DNA of 62,943 nt, counting the filler, from Octopus bimaculoides (Eukaryota): NCBI RefSeq assembly GCF_001194135.2. It is 6 parts of 5 records of this genome, joined end to end, with 100 filler letters (N's around TTAATTAATTAA, not from the genome) between each part and the next. Parts side by side here need not be neighbours in the genome. Positions count along the whole stretch, not along the records: positions 1 to 31,239 come from NC_068999.1; 5 more parts are not named here. The stretch is one strand, 5' to 3'. Positions 1 to 12,930 of the stretch are shown in pieces. The position numbers and the translations under genes are program-made. The stretch's first letter is position 1, and each line of letters begins with the position of its first letter. The notes below the pieces were generated by a model. It searched no databases and was not told the DNA's origin. It worked only from the letters and a program-made list of their open reading frames with translations.

Positions 1-53
<53 letters not shown>

Positions 54-344
54 ATAAATATTTACCTCTTACATAGATATATAAGTGTGAACATTTCTAT
101 GTGCTATGTTGGATACATTTGGTGTTTGCCTGGTTTGGTCTGGTATGTTGCATTTTGTGCATTTTTATGTTCCTTAATTATGCCTTCACTGACAATTAGA
201 AAATATGAAATCATATGATTTTTGGCTGAATCTGATTTTAAGAGGTGACTTCCAAGTTGCATTCCCTCGCTGTCGGTACACTGTATATTTATTATGGTAG
301 TTTTGATTTAAAGAGTTCCTCACCGGGTGAAGCATTTACATGTA

Positions 345-570
345 TTAATGCCTGCCAGTACTGCCTGACTGGCCTTCATGCCGGTGGCACGTAAAAGCAC
401 CCACTACACTCTCTGAGTGGTTAGCGTTAGGAAGGGCAACCAGCTGTAGAAACTGCCAAATCAGATTGGAGCCTGGTGTAGCCATCTGGTTTCACCAGTC
501 CTCAGTCAAATCGTCCAACCCATGCTAGCATGGAAAGCGGACGTTAAACGATGATGATGATGATGATGAT
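345..570 (+). mobile_element. 3' tail of RTE-type LINE ending in (GAT)n
   Basis: Same tail as the RTE at 6170-9616 and copies at 54400-54740 and 56990-57330. Confidence 0.8.
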
Positions 571-869
571 ATATATATATAATCAAACTAAGCAGCAGGA
601 TATCAAGAAGTGATGCAGTACAACCATTTGAAGTGGCTCCATTTAATTGAACAATGCAATCATCACATCAATTTAAATGAAGGGCTATCATCAGCTGCAC
701 AAATAAAGCAATAGCATTTCAATGGGTTGGACACATTAATATAATTTTACTCAAATACTTTAACAGAGCACAAAGGTGGAAGAAATCCATGTTGTCGCTG
801 TTGTAGCTAAGAATATACTACACATCCAAGGAATGCATGAAGCTTACTGGAGTCATAGCTTGTAAAGGA

Positions 870-1400
870 TTGAGGTTCAATTTTAATTTACTGTGAGAAA
901 AGTGCTGTTGAAGTGTTAAGTGAAATTCGGCAATCGAGGATCGAATCCACACTATGCCTGCATAAAGCCACTACAAATACGTTGTGGAATAGAAAATTTA
1001 TCTACTGCCATGGAAAAAGTGTAACTGTAAAAATGCAGAATTATTGGAGTAATGGGCATTCAAAAAAGTAATATATGTATAGAAATGTATGACTGAAATC
1101 TTTACTGTTTACGATTCAAATTCAAATTAAGGAAGTGCAATAATAATGTTTAGCAGTTTGAAAGTTAATCAAATAAAAGTTTAAAGAGAAAAGTATATAA
1201 AATAAAATTATACCAACTCTGAAAATTTTATAGAAAATGTAAAAGTCAATATAGTCATTCATGAAAATTGCAGGAGCATGATATGAGGCCAATCTGGTAA
1301 CTAAACTACATCTTCGCGAATCATTCCAAAAGGTAAGTTAACATCCAACATCTATATCCATTTCAGGAGTTCATTGCCGTTGCCTTCATACACGGTATAC
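870..1400 (+). mobile_element. Internal fragment of the Helentron-like repeat also at 29961-31047
   Basis: About 300 nt of clear direct similarity (880-1160 vs 30255-30520). Confidence 0.55.
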
Positions 1401-1538
1401 ACATCTTATGCAATGACCCCACTTGTCAGGATGAAAAGAGTTTCAAAGGGCTATAGATTTTAAAGTTACTGTAAGGGCTTGAACTATTTATAATACAACC
1501 TTTAACTGGATTAGTCCAAAAATTCTACAAAAACACAG

Positions 1539-1593
<55 letters not shown>

Positions 1594-1888
1594 ACTTAAT
1601 AAATACAAGGGTAAAAATTATTAAATAATTTATATCAGTAGTTAGCATGCATAACAAAAGTCAGAAGACATAAATATTTTAAAATATAATAGTGTATGAA
1701 ATATACACAGAGAGAAAACAACCATGTGGATTTCTTAGATGCTAAAAATGGCAAATCGAAGCCCAAAACCACAAAGGAACAATCTTAGATTAAAGAACGT
1801 TGTTTGTACACAAGCAAGACATTTGAATAGATAAAAATTTCACTTAATCTTATACTCATGAGTCTCACCATTAATGACCAAACAAATT

Positions 1889-2260
1889 GCAGGAGTGACT
1901 GTGTGGTAAGTAGCTTGTTTACCAACCACATAGTTCTGGGTTCAGTCCCACTGTGTGGCACCTTGGGCAAGTATCTTCTACTATAGCCTCAGGCTGACCG
2001 AAGCCTTGTGAGTGGATTTGGTAGATAGAAACTGAAAGAAGCCTGTCATATATATATGTATGTATGTGTGTGTATATGTTCGTGTGTCTATATTTGTCTC
2101 CCACAACATCGCTTGACAACCGATGCTGGTGTGTTTATGTCCCCGCAACTCAGTGGTTTAGCAAAAGAGACTGATAAATTAAGTACTAGGCTTACATTGC
2201 TTGACTAAAGGCAGTGTTCCAGTATGGCCACAGTCAAATGACTGAAACAAGTAAAAGAAT
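1889..2260 (+). mobile_element. tRNA-derived SINE (octopus OK/OR-like)
   Basis: tRNA-like head gcaggagtgactgtgtggtaag...gggttcagtccc, internal (TA/TG)n, tail cagtcaaatgactgaaacaagtaaaaga; many copies in the window. Confidence 0.85.
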
Positions 2261-2303
2261 GATAAGCTAATTGATTAATTAGTCATCTGTACATTTTACA
2301 GTG

Positions 2304-2396
2304 ACCTTACTGACGAGCTATGGATGACTAATCAATTGATTAACTTAGTAGTTGATTTATTTGGTCATTAATGGTAAAAATCATGAGTATAAGGTT
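2304..2396 (+). ncRNA. Type I hammerhead ribozyme motif, copy A (degenerate, GAAA mutated)
   Basis: ACCUUA CUGACGA GCUA...UGGU aaaaa UC AU GAG UA UAAGGU: stem I complementary, CUGANGA intact, G12 lost. Confidence 0.6.
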
Positions 2397-3174
2397 AACT
2401 GAAATTTTTATTCACTCAAACGTTTTGCTCATGTACAAATAACGCACTTTAATGTAAGAATGTTTTTTCGTGGTTTTGGGCTTTGGTCAGCCATTTTTTG
2501 CATGTAAGAAATCCACATGGTGGTTTTCTCTCCATATATATTTCACACACAATTATATTTTAAAATATTTATGTCTTCTGACTTTTATTATGCATGCTAA
2601 CAACTGATATAAATTATTTAATAATTTTTACCCTTGTTAAATCTTTAAATTCTTCAGCCAGATAGTATGTTTGAATACATGAGCTACGGATGACTAACTC
2701 ATTGGTTGATTTATTTAGTTATTAATGGTGAAACTCATGAGTATAAGGTTAACTGAAATTTCTATTCATTCAAATGTCTTGCTTATATATAAACATGCTT
2801 TAATGTAAGGATGTTTTTTCATGGTTTGGGGCTTTGGTCTGCCATTTTTAGCATGTAAGAAATCCACATGGTAGTTTTCTCTCTGTGTATATTTCACACA
2901 CTATTATATCTAAAAATATTTATGTCTTCTGACCTTTATTATGTATAAATTATTTAATTAATTTTTACCCTTGTATTTATAAAGTTAAATATTTAAATTC
3001 TTTGGCCGGATAGTATACATTTGAATTTATTCACTGCTATACTACTCTGGCTTGACACGTTGCTTGAAGGCATTTGATTTGAATTCTTGATGTATAAAGA
3101 TGGAACTGAATGCACATGTGTTTACTTTGTGTTTTCAGTACGTATTCTAGTCTCATATTTATACATTTTATAGC

Positions 3175-3252
3175 AACCTTACTGACGAGTTACGGATGAC
3201 TAATTAATTGATTTATTTGGTCATTAATGATGAAACACATGATTATAAGATA
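3175..3252 (+). ncRNA. Type I hammerhead ribozyme motif, copy C (both core boxes present, stems eroded)
   Basis: AACCUUA CUGACGA GUUA...UGAU GAAA CAC AU GAU UA UAAG. Confidence 0.6.
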
Positions 3253-3429
3253 GACTGAAATTTTTATTTACTTAAATGTCTTGCTCACATACAAACGATG
3301 TGCTTTACTGTAAGAATGTTTTACGTGGTTTTGGGCTTTGGTCTGCCTTTTTAGCATGTAAGACATCCACATGGTGGTTTTCTCTTCATATATATTTCAT
3401 ACACTATTATATTTGAATACACACACACA

Positions 3430-5930
3430 CACGGGCTTGAAACCGGTTTTATAAAACCGGTTACAACCAGTTTTATATTATGATCAGTAAAACCGAAACG
3501 GATTTGCCAAAACGATTTTAATTCTTGCTGTTTCTATTTTTTTACCACAAAACATTTCTCTATTTTTTTCTTTTGAAGAAATATCGTTGAAACTGAACTA
3601 ACTGAACTGTTGTTGGTCGTCTTTAGTTGAGAGTGCTCTCTGTTTCATTGAAACATATCGCAACATATCAATTCTCACCTTCTCTCCCCTTGAACCTTAG
3701 ATCAGCACCTTGTCATTTCCTTCACTAACCCCTGGCTGACTCTTTGAATTTGGAGGTAACAGAGTTTATTCATAGCAAGTCAAGGGGATGCTGTTAGTCT
3801 TCAGTCAGGTGATCTTTCCGATTGAGCATATGTAATAATCAGTTCCAGATTCATTTGAAGGAAGTAGCACTAACTAAATTTTTTCTTAATTATTTTCATT
3901 AGCCCTAGCATGATAAAAAGAAAATCAACTGTTTGGAATTTTTTCAATAGGAAAAACAAAGACGAAGCTCAATGCAATAAGTGTGATTAGATCATGAAGT
4001 CTTCTGGAGGATCTACTACGTCTCTGATCTTGCACTTGAAGAAAATTCATCAAATGACATAAATCAAGATGAAAACCAGCCTCCTGTGAAGATGACAAGA
4101 ACAATGGAACACTTTTTAACAAAGAAATCAATGGAAGAAGTTTCAAAGTTAGCTGCTATGGATGGATTCTCTTTCAATTCAATCGCCAAAAGCGATTTTA
4201 TACAGAGAAATCTTCTTAGTCAGAGAGGCAAATATGATAAATTACAACCAACATCTGCAAACGGAGCCAGGAATATGGTAATGAATTATTACATAACCAA
4301 GAAAGAAGAACTTAATCATTATTTCGAAAAAGAAGTAGCGCTGGGGATTTGCTACTCATTGACATTGGATGAATACACATCAATTCAAAATAAACAATAT
4401 ATGAACATAAATGTTCATGGGAAAGACAATCATTGGTTGTTGGGTCTTATTGAGATCCATGGCTCTCTTAATAGCAGGAGAACAGAGCAATTTGTGAGAG
4501 GACGTCTTAGTGAATTTGGATTGGATTTGGATATACACATTATTGGCTGTACAACAGATGGTGCTTCTATGATGGTAAAATTCGGAAAAGAAATAAGACC
4601 TGATCACCAACAATGTCTCACACATTGCATACATCTGTCTGTGATCGACATTCTCTATCAAAAATATATTGAAAATATTGCCTCAACCGACGAGACCGAT
4701 AAAAAAAGTGGAGAGATCGCTATAACAGATGATAGTGATGATGAAGCTGACATAAGCCAACAAGAAATACTTTTTGAAACAGATTTGGCTCACGAAAATG
4801 CTTGTTTTCCCCAGCTAAAACCTGAATTTAACAAAGTTTTAAATAAGGTAAGAAAAATTTCAAAACTTTTACATAAATCTCCTACAAACAATGAAATTTT
4901 GCAAGATTTTGTATGAGCGAACTTTGATAACAGAGAATATAACTTATACTAGATTGCAGAACTAGGTGGAACAGCACATTCCATATGATTGAGAGATTTT
5001 TGAAATTGAAAAGCTGCATTCCAAATGCTCTATGAGCAGTACTTTCCACAGATGCCGTGGCTGACAAAGAATGGAAATCTCTCAATTTACTATGTGAAAT
5101 TCTGCATCCAGTAGAAATTATTTTGAAGGCTATTTGTGCTGATGATACGAATTTACTGAAAGTGGAATATTCTATAGAATTTTTAATGAATAAACTTAAT
5201 ATTGTCGGCAACCTTTTAGCTCTAAATCTTCATGAAAGACTTATGCATAGATATAATAATAAGAAATGTCGAAACCTTGACTCTCTTGAGGTATTTACAT
5301 AACCCAAGGAAGTTTAAAGGTGAATCAATTTCTGGACCTTTTCTTTTTTGAACGAAACAACATTTAAGGAAGTATGCTGAACAAACATATAGATTATTTC
5401 CTGAACATGACGCTGAGAACACAACAGAATTATACAAAGAAAATGAAATAGGAACCTAAAAACAAGTGTTACTGTTGTCCCATCTACTTACGAAGGTAAT
5501 GAAGTCATGCATGAATACACAAGCGTAATGAAGAAAATGAACGAAGAGCCCAAGAATGTAACAGATGGATTTGAAATCTCTAAAGAATTCGAATATTTTG
5601 AAGCAACTTCGAACAGAAGTGAAAAGCTCGAGAAACTTTATAGAGCATTGCTTACAAGTCAAGAAACTTGATTGATTCTCAAAAATACGACTTGGAAAAA
5701 CGTTGCATTCCTGATTAAATAAATATAATACCATCACTTTTTGTAATTGTTTGTACATAGATACAGATACAGGCACCATCAACATATTTGTGGATATCAG
5801 TCAACCTGTTACTTTCTCTCTTTCTCTGTGTATGTATATAAATAAAATACAATATACGACAAACTTCTTCATTACAGGGACACTGCTCTAAATCTGGGAT
5901 GACCGGTTTTGAGAATTACTTATACTTAAA
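3430..5930 (+). mobile_element. Degenerate hAT DNA transposon
   Basis: BED finger from ATG 3910 (STVWNFF...AQCNKCD*...STTSLILHLKKIH); ORF 4086-4916 with LTLDEYTS, TTDGASMM and CLTHCIHL motifs; downstream frame broken by stops; subterminal aaaccgg motifs; right end runs into an N gap. Confidence 0.9.
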
Positions 5931-6169
5931 CTNNNNNNNNNNNNNNNNNNNNNNNNNNNNNNNNNNNNNNNNNNNNNNNNNNNNNNNNNNNNNNNNNNNN
6001 NNNNNNNATATATATATATATAAATATACTTTTCTTTTAGCGTCAGTAATGCTTACACCTACAATGCTCATAACGCTTATAATTACAATGCCCCAAACAC
6101 TTTTATATATAGAATACTTCCTTATTCCCACCCCACAGTACAGGGAACAACCTTAACAATTCTAACATG

Positions 6170-9100
6170 TTTGAATGAGGGTAGGTTAAAAGCAAGAACA
6201 ACTATTATGATGTCTGTTACCAAACGATCATGGGAACCTTCTTTTCAGGTGCTGAATATCATCTCTCCTTCTTGTATTACCTCCCATATCACTTTCCCAG
6301 TTTTTAGAGTTGGCACTGTAAATGTAGGCACATTGAAAGGTAGGCCTAGCGAGATTGTAGAGATGCTTGAACAGAGAAGTGTTGATGTACATTGCGTGGA
6401 GAGGAGCTTCAACCAGAGTCCTCACAGGCAAAGCACATAGGTATAAACTCTTCTGGAAAGGTAATAGTGTTAGAAAAAGGGGTGTGGGCATACTTCTTGC
6501 AGAAAAATGGGTGGATAAGATCATAGACGTAGTGAGGGTGTGTGATAGACTACTTAAATTCAGGCTAGTCTTGCAGAATGGTATAGCTTCAATTATCTCT
6601 GCCTAGGCCTCACAAATGGGCTTACCGAATGAACAGAAGGATCACTTTTATGATATTATTCTGCAGGCTACCACAAAGAAGAGTGACAATGATTTCACCT
6701 TTGTGGCTGGAGATTTTAATGGGCATGTTGGACAGCAACCTGGTATCTTCCATGGTGTACATGGGGTCATGGAGTTGGTACCAGAAATGAAGAGGGAACT
6801 AGGCTCCTGGAGCTTTGTGATGCAAATAACCTATTCATCTGCAACACCAACTTCAGGAAGCCTGTTAGCCACCTGATAACCTATCAATTAGGTAACTATG
6901 CTAGCCAGATTGATTTCATTCTCACCAGACAGCAGGATGCATGGTTGCTCTTAAATACAAAGACCCTCCCTGGTGAAGAATGTACTCCGCAGCATAGACT
7001 AGTTATTAATGACTTTAGACTTGAGATCAGAGGGATACCAAAAAGCAGGACAATCTGGAAAAGAAGGACTTGGAAGTTTAAGAATCCTTCACATGATCAG
7101 AGATTTAGGGATGTCCTTACTGACAAATTTGATGATAGGGAGGAGGAGCTTCAGTCCTGTGATATAGAAGGCAGCTGGGAATTCCTGCAAGACAGCTTGC
7201 TGAGCGACACAGACCAAATCTGTGGCTGGTGCAAAGTCCCTTCCAGACCTAGGGAAACATGGTGGTGGAACAATACTGTAGACAGGGCCATTAGAGTAAA
7301 GAAACAGGCTTTGAAGGCCTGGAAGAGTGGGGGTAGCCGGAGAATGTATCAGATAGCCAAAAGGGAAGCTAGGGGACAGTTATATATAGCCAAGGGAGTA
7401 GCAGAAAAGAAATTTGCCAATGTTCTGCGAAGTGAAGACCAAAGAACTGAACTGAAGTATTTCGGATTGCAAGACAGTGTGTGACAGAAAACCGTGTCCA
7501 TATGGATGATGGTGCATTTGTGTTTAATAATTCTACAAAGAAAGACACTTGGAGATGTCATTATGAAAGATTGCTGAATGTGGAGAATGAATGGGAGGAG
7601 GAGAGTGCCAAAGGTTGACCCAACTGAGGGACCAGCTACCTGAATAGATAGCACCCTGGTAGATAAAGCAATTAAGGATATGAAGACAGGGAAAGCACCT
7701 GGCCCATTAGGAATCGCCACTGAGATGCTTAAGATATCAGGCAGTGTGGGTTATGGTCTTGTCACCTGCATTGTAAATCAGTTAGTTCATGAAGAAGTCA
7801 TATCCAATGACTGGTGTAGCAGCACCATAGTCAACTACTACAGGAGTAAAGGTAATACATTAGATAGAAATAACTACAGGGGTATCCAATTACTGGATCA
7901 GGGAGAGTGTTAGCCTAGATGAGATGCAGTTTGATTTTGTGCCAGGCAGAAGCACCACTGATGCTATATTTCTGGTAAGGCAACTGCAGAAGAAATATCT
8001 AGTCAAAGATAAACCTCTGTACTTGGCTTTGTTGACTTGGAGAAAGCCTCTGACAGGGACTCCCGATCCCCTATCAGGTGGTCAATGTGGAAACTGGGGA
8101 TAGGCAAGTGGTTGGTAAGAGCTGTACAAGCCCTGTACATGGATGCTGTCAGTAAGGTGAGGGTTGGCAATGAGTATAGTGAAGAATTTCGAGAAGTAGG
8201 GGTTCACCAAGGATCAGTCCTCAGCCCCTTCTTATTCATGAAAGTCCTCCAGGCAATAACAGAGGAATTCAAGACAGGATGCTCCTGGGAGCTTCTCTAT
8301 GCTGATGACCTTGCTCTAATAGCCAAGTCACTGCCAGAACTAGAGAGAAAGTTTAGGGTGTGGAAGCAAGATCTGCAATCGAACAGCCTTAGGGTTAACC
8401 TAGTAAAAACCAAAGTTTTAGTAAGTAGGAAGGCTGTCAAATCACAAACCCCTTCAGGTAGATGGCCCTGCTCGATCTGTAAAGGCATGGGTAGAAACTC
8501 CATATGATGTACCTGGAGTAGGCTATGGACACATAAAAGATGCAGCAATATCAAAGGAAGGTTAACTGCGAAGATAGTTTTTGTGTGTGGTAGATGCACA
8601 GGGGCAATAAACACTGAAGATGTACAACAAACAGATTCCATCACATGCCATCGGGAGAAACCAGAAGTAGTTAATAGCTTCCACTACCTAGGTGACCAAG
8701 TCTATAGCGGGGGTGGTAGCTCTGAGAGTGTAGTGGCTTGAATAAGAATAGCCTGGACAAAGTTCAGGGAGTTCCTACCTCTGCTGGCAACTAAAGGCCT
8801 CTTGCTCAGGATGAAAGGTAGACTGTATGATGCATGTGTGCAAACTATCAAGCTACATGGCAGTGGAACATGGGCTATGACAGCTGAGGACATGCACAGG
8901 CTTGAAAGAAATGAAGCTAGTATGCTCCGCTGGATGTATAATGTCAGTGTGCATGCACAACAAAGTGTAAGCACCCTGAGAGAAAAGTTGGGCACAAGAA
9001 GCATCAAAGAGAGACAACTGCGCTGGTATGGTCATGTGTTACATATGGATGAGGACAGCTGTGTGAGGAAGTGCCACTCCCTAACTGTGGAAGGAACCTG

Positions 9101-9616
9101 TCAAAGAGGTAAACCCAGGAAGACATGGGATGAGATGGTGAAGCATGACCTTCGACCATTGGGCCTCATAGTGGCAATGACAGGAGACCGAGACCTTTGG
9201 AGATATGCTGTGATTGAGAAGACCCGGCAACTCAAGTGAGATCACAGCCATGTATGTCCGACCCAGTTAAGAGTACCCCTGATGTGTTGGGCGATATGAT
9301 ATGCTTGAGAAGACCTTTTGAGTCAAGTAAAACCAATATCGTAGCTGTGACTAGTGCCCCCTGACTGGCTCATAAAAAGCACTATCCGAACGTGATCAAT
9401 GCCAGGCCCGCCTGAGTGGCTCCTGTGCCAGTGGCACGTAAAAAACACCCACTACACTCTTGGAGTGATTGGCGTTAGGAAGGGCATCCAACTGTAGAAA
9501 CATTGCCAGATCAGATTGGAGCCTGGTGCAGCCACTGGCTCTCCAGACCACAGTCAAACCATCCAACCCATGCCAGCATGGAAAAATGGACATTGAATGA
9601 TAATGATGATGATATA
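6170..9616 (+). mobile_element. Near full-length RTE-clade LINE, inactivated (APE endonuclease, RT, PHD-like insert, 3' tail)
   Basis: EN motifs TVNVGTL and VAGDFNGHVG; RT motifs KAPGP, NYRGIQLL, HQGSVLSPFLF, LLYADDL; C-terminal QLRWYGHVLHM; many stops and frameshifts; (GAT)n end. Confidence 0.93.
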
Positions 9617-10033
9617 TAATGCGTGTAGCAAATGCTCTGCTATAATATGATTATGGATGTAACATTTCAGCATACTTTGATTTATTGTACTACATCCATA
9701 TTTTCAAATCAGAGAAAAGCAGATATGGCTCAAATTGAATCCTTAATCCCAGTAACTTAAGTAGAGGAGTTGTCTCAACTGAGCTGTGTGCAGATCTTAT
9801 ATCTGTAATATATACATTTTTTTTTTTCTGAAACATTTGGATTCTTTCGATGGTGCAGAAGTTCACATAAGCAGTGTTGAATATGCAGTCTTAGAAGATA
9901 ACATTTCTAAAGGTTAGAGTCTTTGTCACCTCTTTTACATAGAGAATTGTTATTATTTTTCATTTTACATCAAGAAATAACTTGGAATGAAACTGAAGAA
10001 ATTATTTATAATATTAATGCTACTGTACAGCTA

Positions 10034-10417
10034 TACTCTTTTACTCTTTTATTTGTTTCAGTCATTTGACTGCGGTCATGCTGGAACATCGCCTTTAGTC
10101 GAACAAATCCATCCCAGGACTTATTCTTTGTAAGCCTAGTACTTATTCTATTGGTCGCTTTTGTTGAACTGCTAAGTTATGGGAACATAAATACACCAGC
10201 ATCGGTTGTCAAGTGATGTTGGGGGTACAAACACACACACACACACATATATATACATATATACAATGATCTTCTTTCAGTTTCCGTCTACCAAATCCAC
10301 TCACAAGGCTTTGGTCGGCTCAAGGCTATAGTAGAAGACACTTGCCACACAGTAGGACTGAACCTGGAACCATGTGGTTGGTAAGCAAACTACTTACCAC
10401 AGCCACTCCTGTGCCTA
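10034..10417 (-). mobile_element. tRNA-derived SINE (same family as 1889-2260)
   Basis: Reverse complement of head and tail. Confidence 0.85.
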
Positions 10418-10737
10418 TGTTGGTAAAGCTTTAATCAATTTTAATATGCTGCTTTAAATCCTTATTTTTATATCAGAGAAATGTTTTTATGGCTGGATTG
10501 AACCCATAATCCCAGTAAACAAAATATAGTAGCTTCCCCACAGGACTGTAGATCCTAGAAAAAAAAACATCAGTAATACAGATACCAACATAATTGTATA
10601 GTTAAAATGTTTGTGCTGTAACCTTGCAATTCTAGGTTTGGTTTCACAGTAGAGCACCTTGAGCAAATGTCATCTGACAACAGCCTACAGTTGATTAATG
10701 CCTTTGATGAAATTTGATAGAAGCAATAAGGATACTC

Positions 10738-10768
<31 letters not shown>

Positions 10769-12521
10769 ATGCATAAAAGTACTCAGTAATCCTTAAGTGA
10801 TTGGTAATAGATTCAAGCAACCATGATATCTGGTTTGAGAGGGTTTTTTAGTCTTATTGATAGCAAAGCAACCTCTATAGTGCTGGTGCTACAAATGCAC
10901 CCAGCACACTCTGTTGAGTGGTCAGTGTAAAGAAGAGCATCTAGCCCTAGAGACCATGCCAAAGCTAAGACATTGGGAACAAGAGCTGGTTCTCAGATCT
11001 GTTGAACTGTCAGACCTGTGTTGGCATGGAAAGAGGTTGTATGATGACAACGATAAATATATACCTGTGTGTGTTTACATTTATGCTACTTAAAGGTGTG
11101 ATATTGTTAATGTACCATGACAAAGCAGTTAAAAAAATGCACAAAAAATAAACACCAAACCAAACCAAACCAAACACTTGAAGATTACTGGTTATTGGAC
11201 TGCAGCCCCAGCATGACTACAATCCAAAGAAGAATTAAATGAACACAAGTTTCTTCCATAGTTTACAACTTAATTTTCTTACATCTAATTTTACATCTTT
11301 TATTTTGTTCCAATGTTAAAACATCACATATAGAAGCAAAATATTATAACAGATAAGCACATATGAAATATTCATTTTTAGCAATTGATAATTAATTGTA
11401 CTAAGATGCATGCTTTAAGTAATTGACAATTTGACAAAAAAACTAGCTCAGTCAAATAACTAGTCTTCACTGGTCCCATCTCCATTAACCAATATCCCTA
11501 TCAATGACCCCCTCTCTCCTACCACCATCACTTTAACTGCTACTTCATCACAGTATTTCACATATGTATGTGCGTATGTATATGATTATATATCTGTAAA
11601 TTGCCTTTCTCCTATCTTCACCACTACTACGTTTTTTCAAGTAAACACTTTTCTCTCTTGCTTCAATTAACCACTTAACTACATTCTCTTATTTTCCAAT
11701 GCTAAACACCTTTCAACTAATCACTTTACAGCTTAACATACACTAGCATATTAATATTATAGATGTTTTCAATGTTGTTCCCTAGTTATGTTACAAAAGT
11801 AGTCTGATGCATTAATATCATAAAGCTAATGCTTAACATCCATTTTTCTATTGTGATGTAGGTTGAACAGGTTTGCACAGTTACATATTCTTGCTTGTGA
11901 CATTAGCTGTCTGTGATAAATAATTTGTCCCAGGCCTTCTTTAACAGACTTCTATTTATTCATAAACCCATTTCATCCAGAATTTCTCTCTCTCACACAC
12001 ATACACACCTAAACAAAATGCAACAAACTCAACTGCCTGTTAAAGCTATACTGCATATTCACTTCATTCCTCTTGCTACAAGTTTCACAACCATATAACC
12101 AACATTTTTGAAAACTCTTAAATACAAAAAATCCCTTTCAGGCAAACATTCATTTCCTAAACTATGTTGGGTTTTACATGAGTTGTAACTCCAACAAGAT
12201 CAGTGATTCTCAGAAATGATAAATACTAGTTCCACCACTAAAATATTAGGGTATTTTTTACCACTATCCTCTTTGAATTCACAGAATTCATCTTTCATTG
12301 CCATGGTGTTGGACAAGTTTAAAGGTTTAAAAGTATTCTAATTTTATTTAAAGTAGCAATTTGTCAGCCCCATCCCCTATCCATCAACCACTACTACTTC
12401 TATGAGAAACACTGAACCAAAGTATAGATGTTATATTAATATATGTAATATTGTACATTACTGACTTTACTGTATATCATAAAGTTAAATATATATGCAT
12501 ACATACATACACAAAAAATCA

Positions 12522-12567
<46 letters not shown>

Positions 12568-12674
12568 TGTGTATGTGTGTATGTATGTATGTATACTCAC
12601 ACGTTCGGGGACACACATTTGGAAAAGCAAAGTAATGCAAGTTGACCATGACCTAAACTTTTATCTTATACTTT

Positions 12675-12930
12675 ATATTTCATGATTAGGACCCTTCTTC
12701 AGGAAACCTTTGGAGATTTGATGCTGCAAGCTAGCTTTTCTGCTCTGTATGTGTGAATGTGTGTGTATATATAGAGGCTGCTTTGTACAAAGCTGATTGG
12801 CTACTATAACAATGCTATCCTGTGCATATAAAGCAACTTATATACACACAGTACATAGCAGAAAAGCCAGCATGCAAGATCAAATCTCTGAAAATTACCT
12901 GAAGAAGGGGTCTTAACCCAAAATACTGAA
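12675..12930. repeat. Fold-back element with about 70-nt inverted arms ending in CTGAAGAAGGG hammerhead-like boxes
   Basis: gacccttcttcagg...gcttttctgct (12690-12745) is the imperfect reverse complement of agcagaaaagc...cctgaagaaggggtc (12857-12912). Confidence 0.65.

Larger units (their letters stand above)
1590..3420. repeat. Tandem (three + copies) plus inverted (one - copy) array of a 350-500 nt unit carrying a type I hammerhead motif; retrozyme or Penelope pseudo-LTR-like
   Basis: Units near 2304, 2681 and 3175 align by eye; inverted copy at 1590-1888 and 2262-2295 is split by a SINE. Confidence 0.8.

Noticed and set aside
1889-1960. tRNA-like A/B boxes here and at other SINE heads
   Set aside because: They continue into SINE bodies and lack a full cloverleaf; not tRNA genes.
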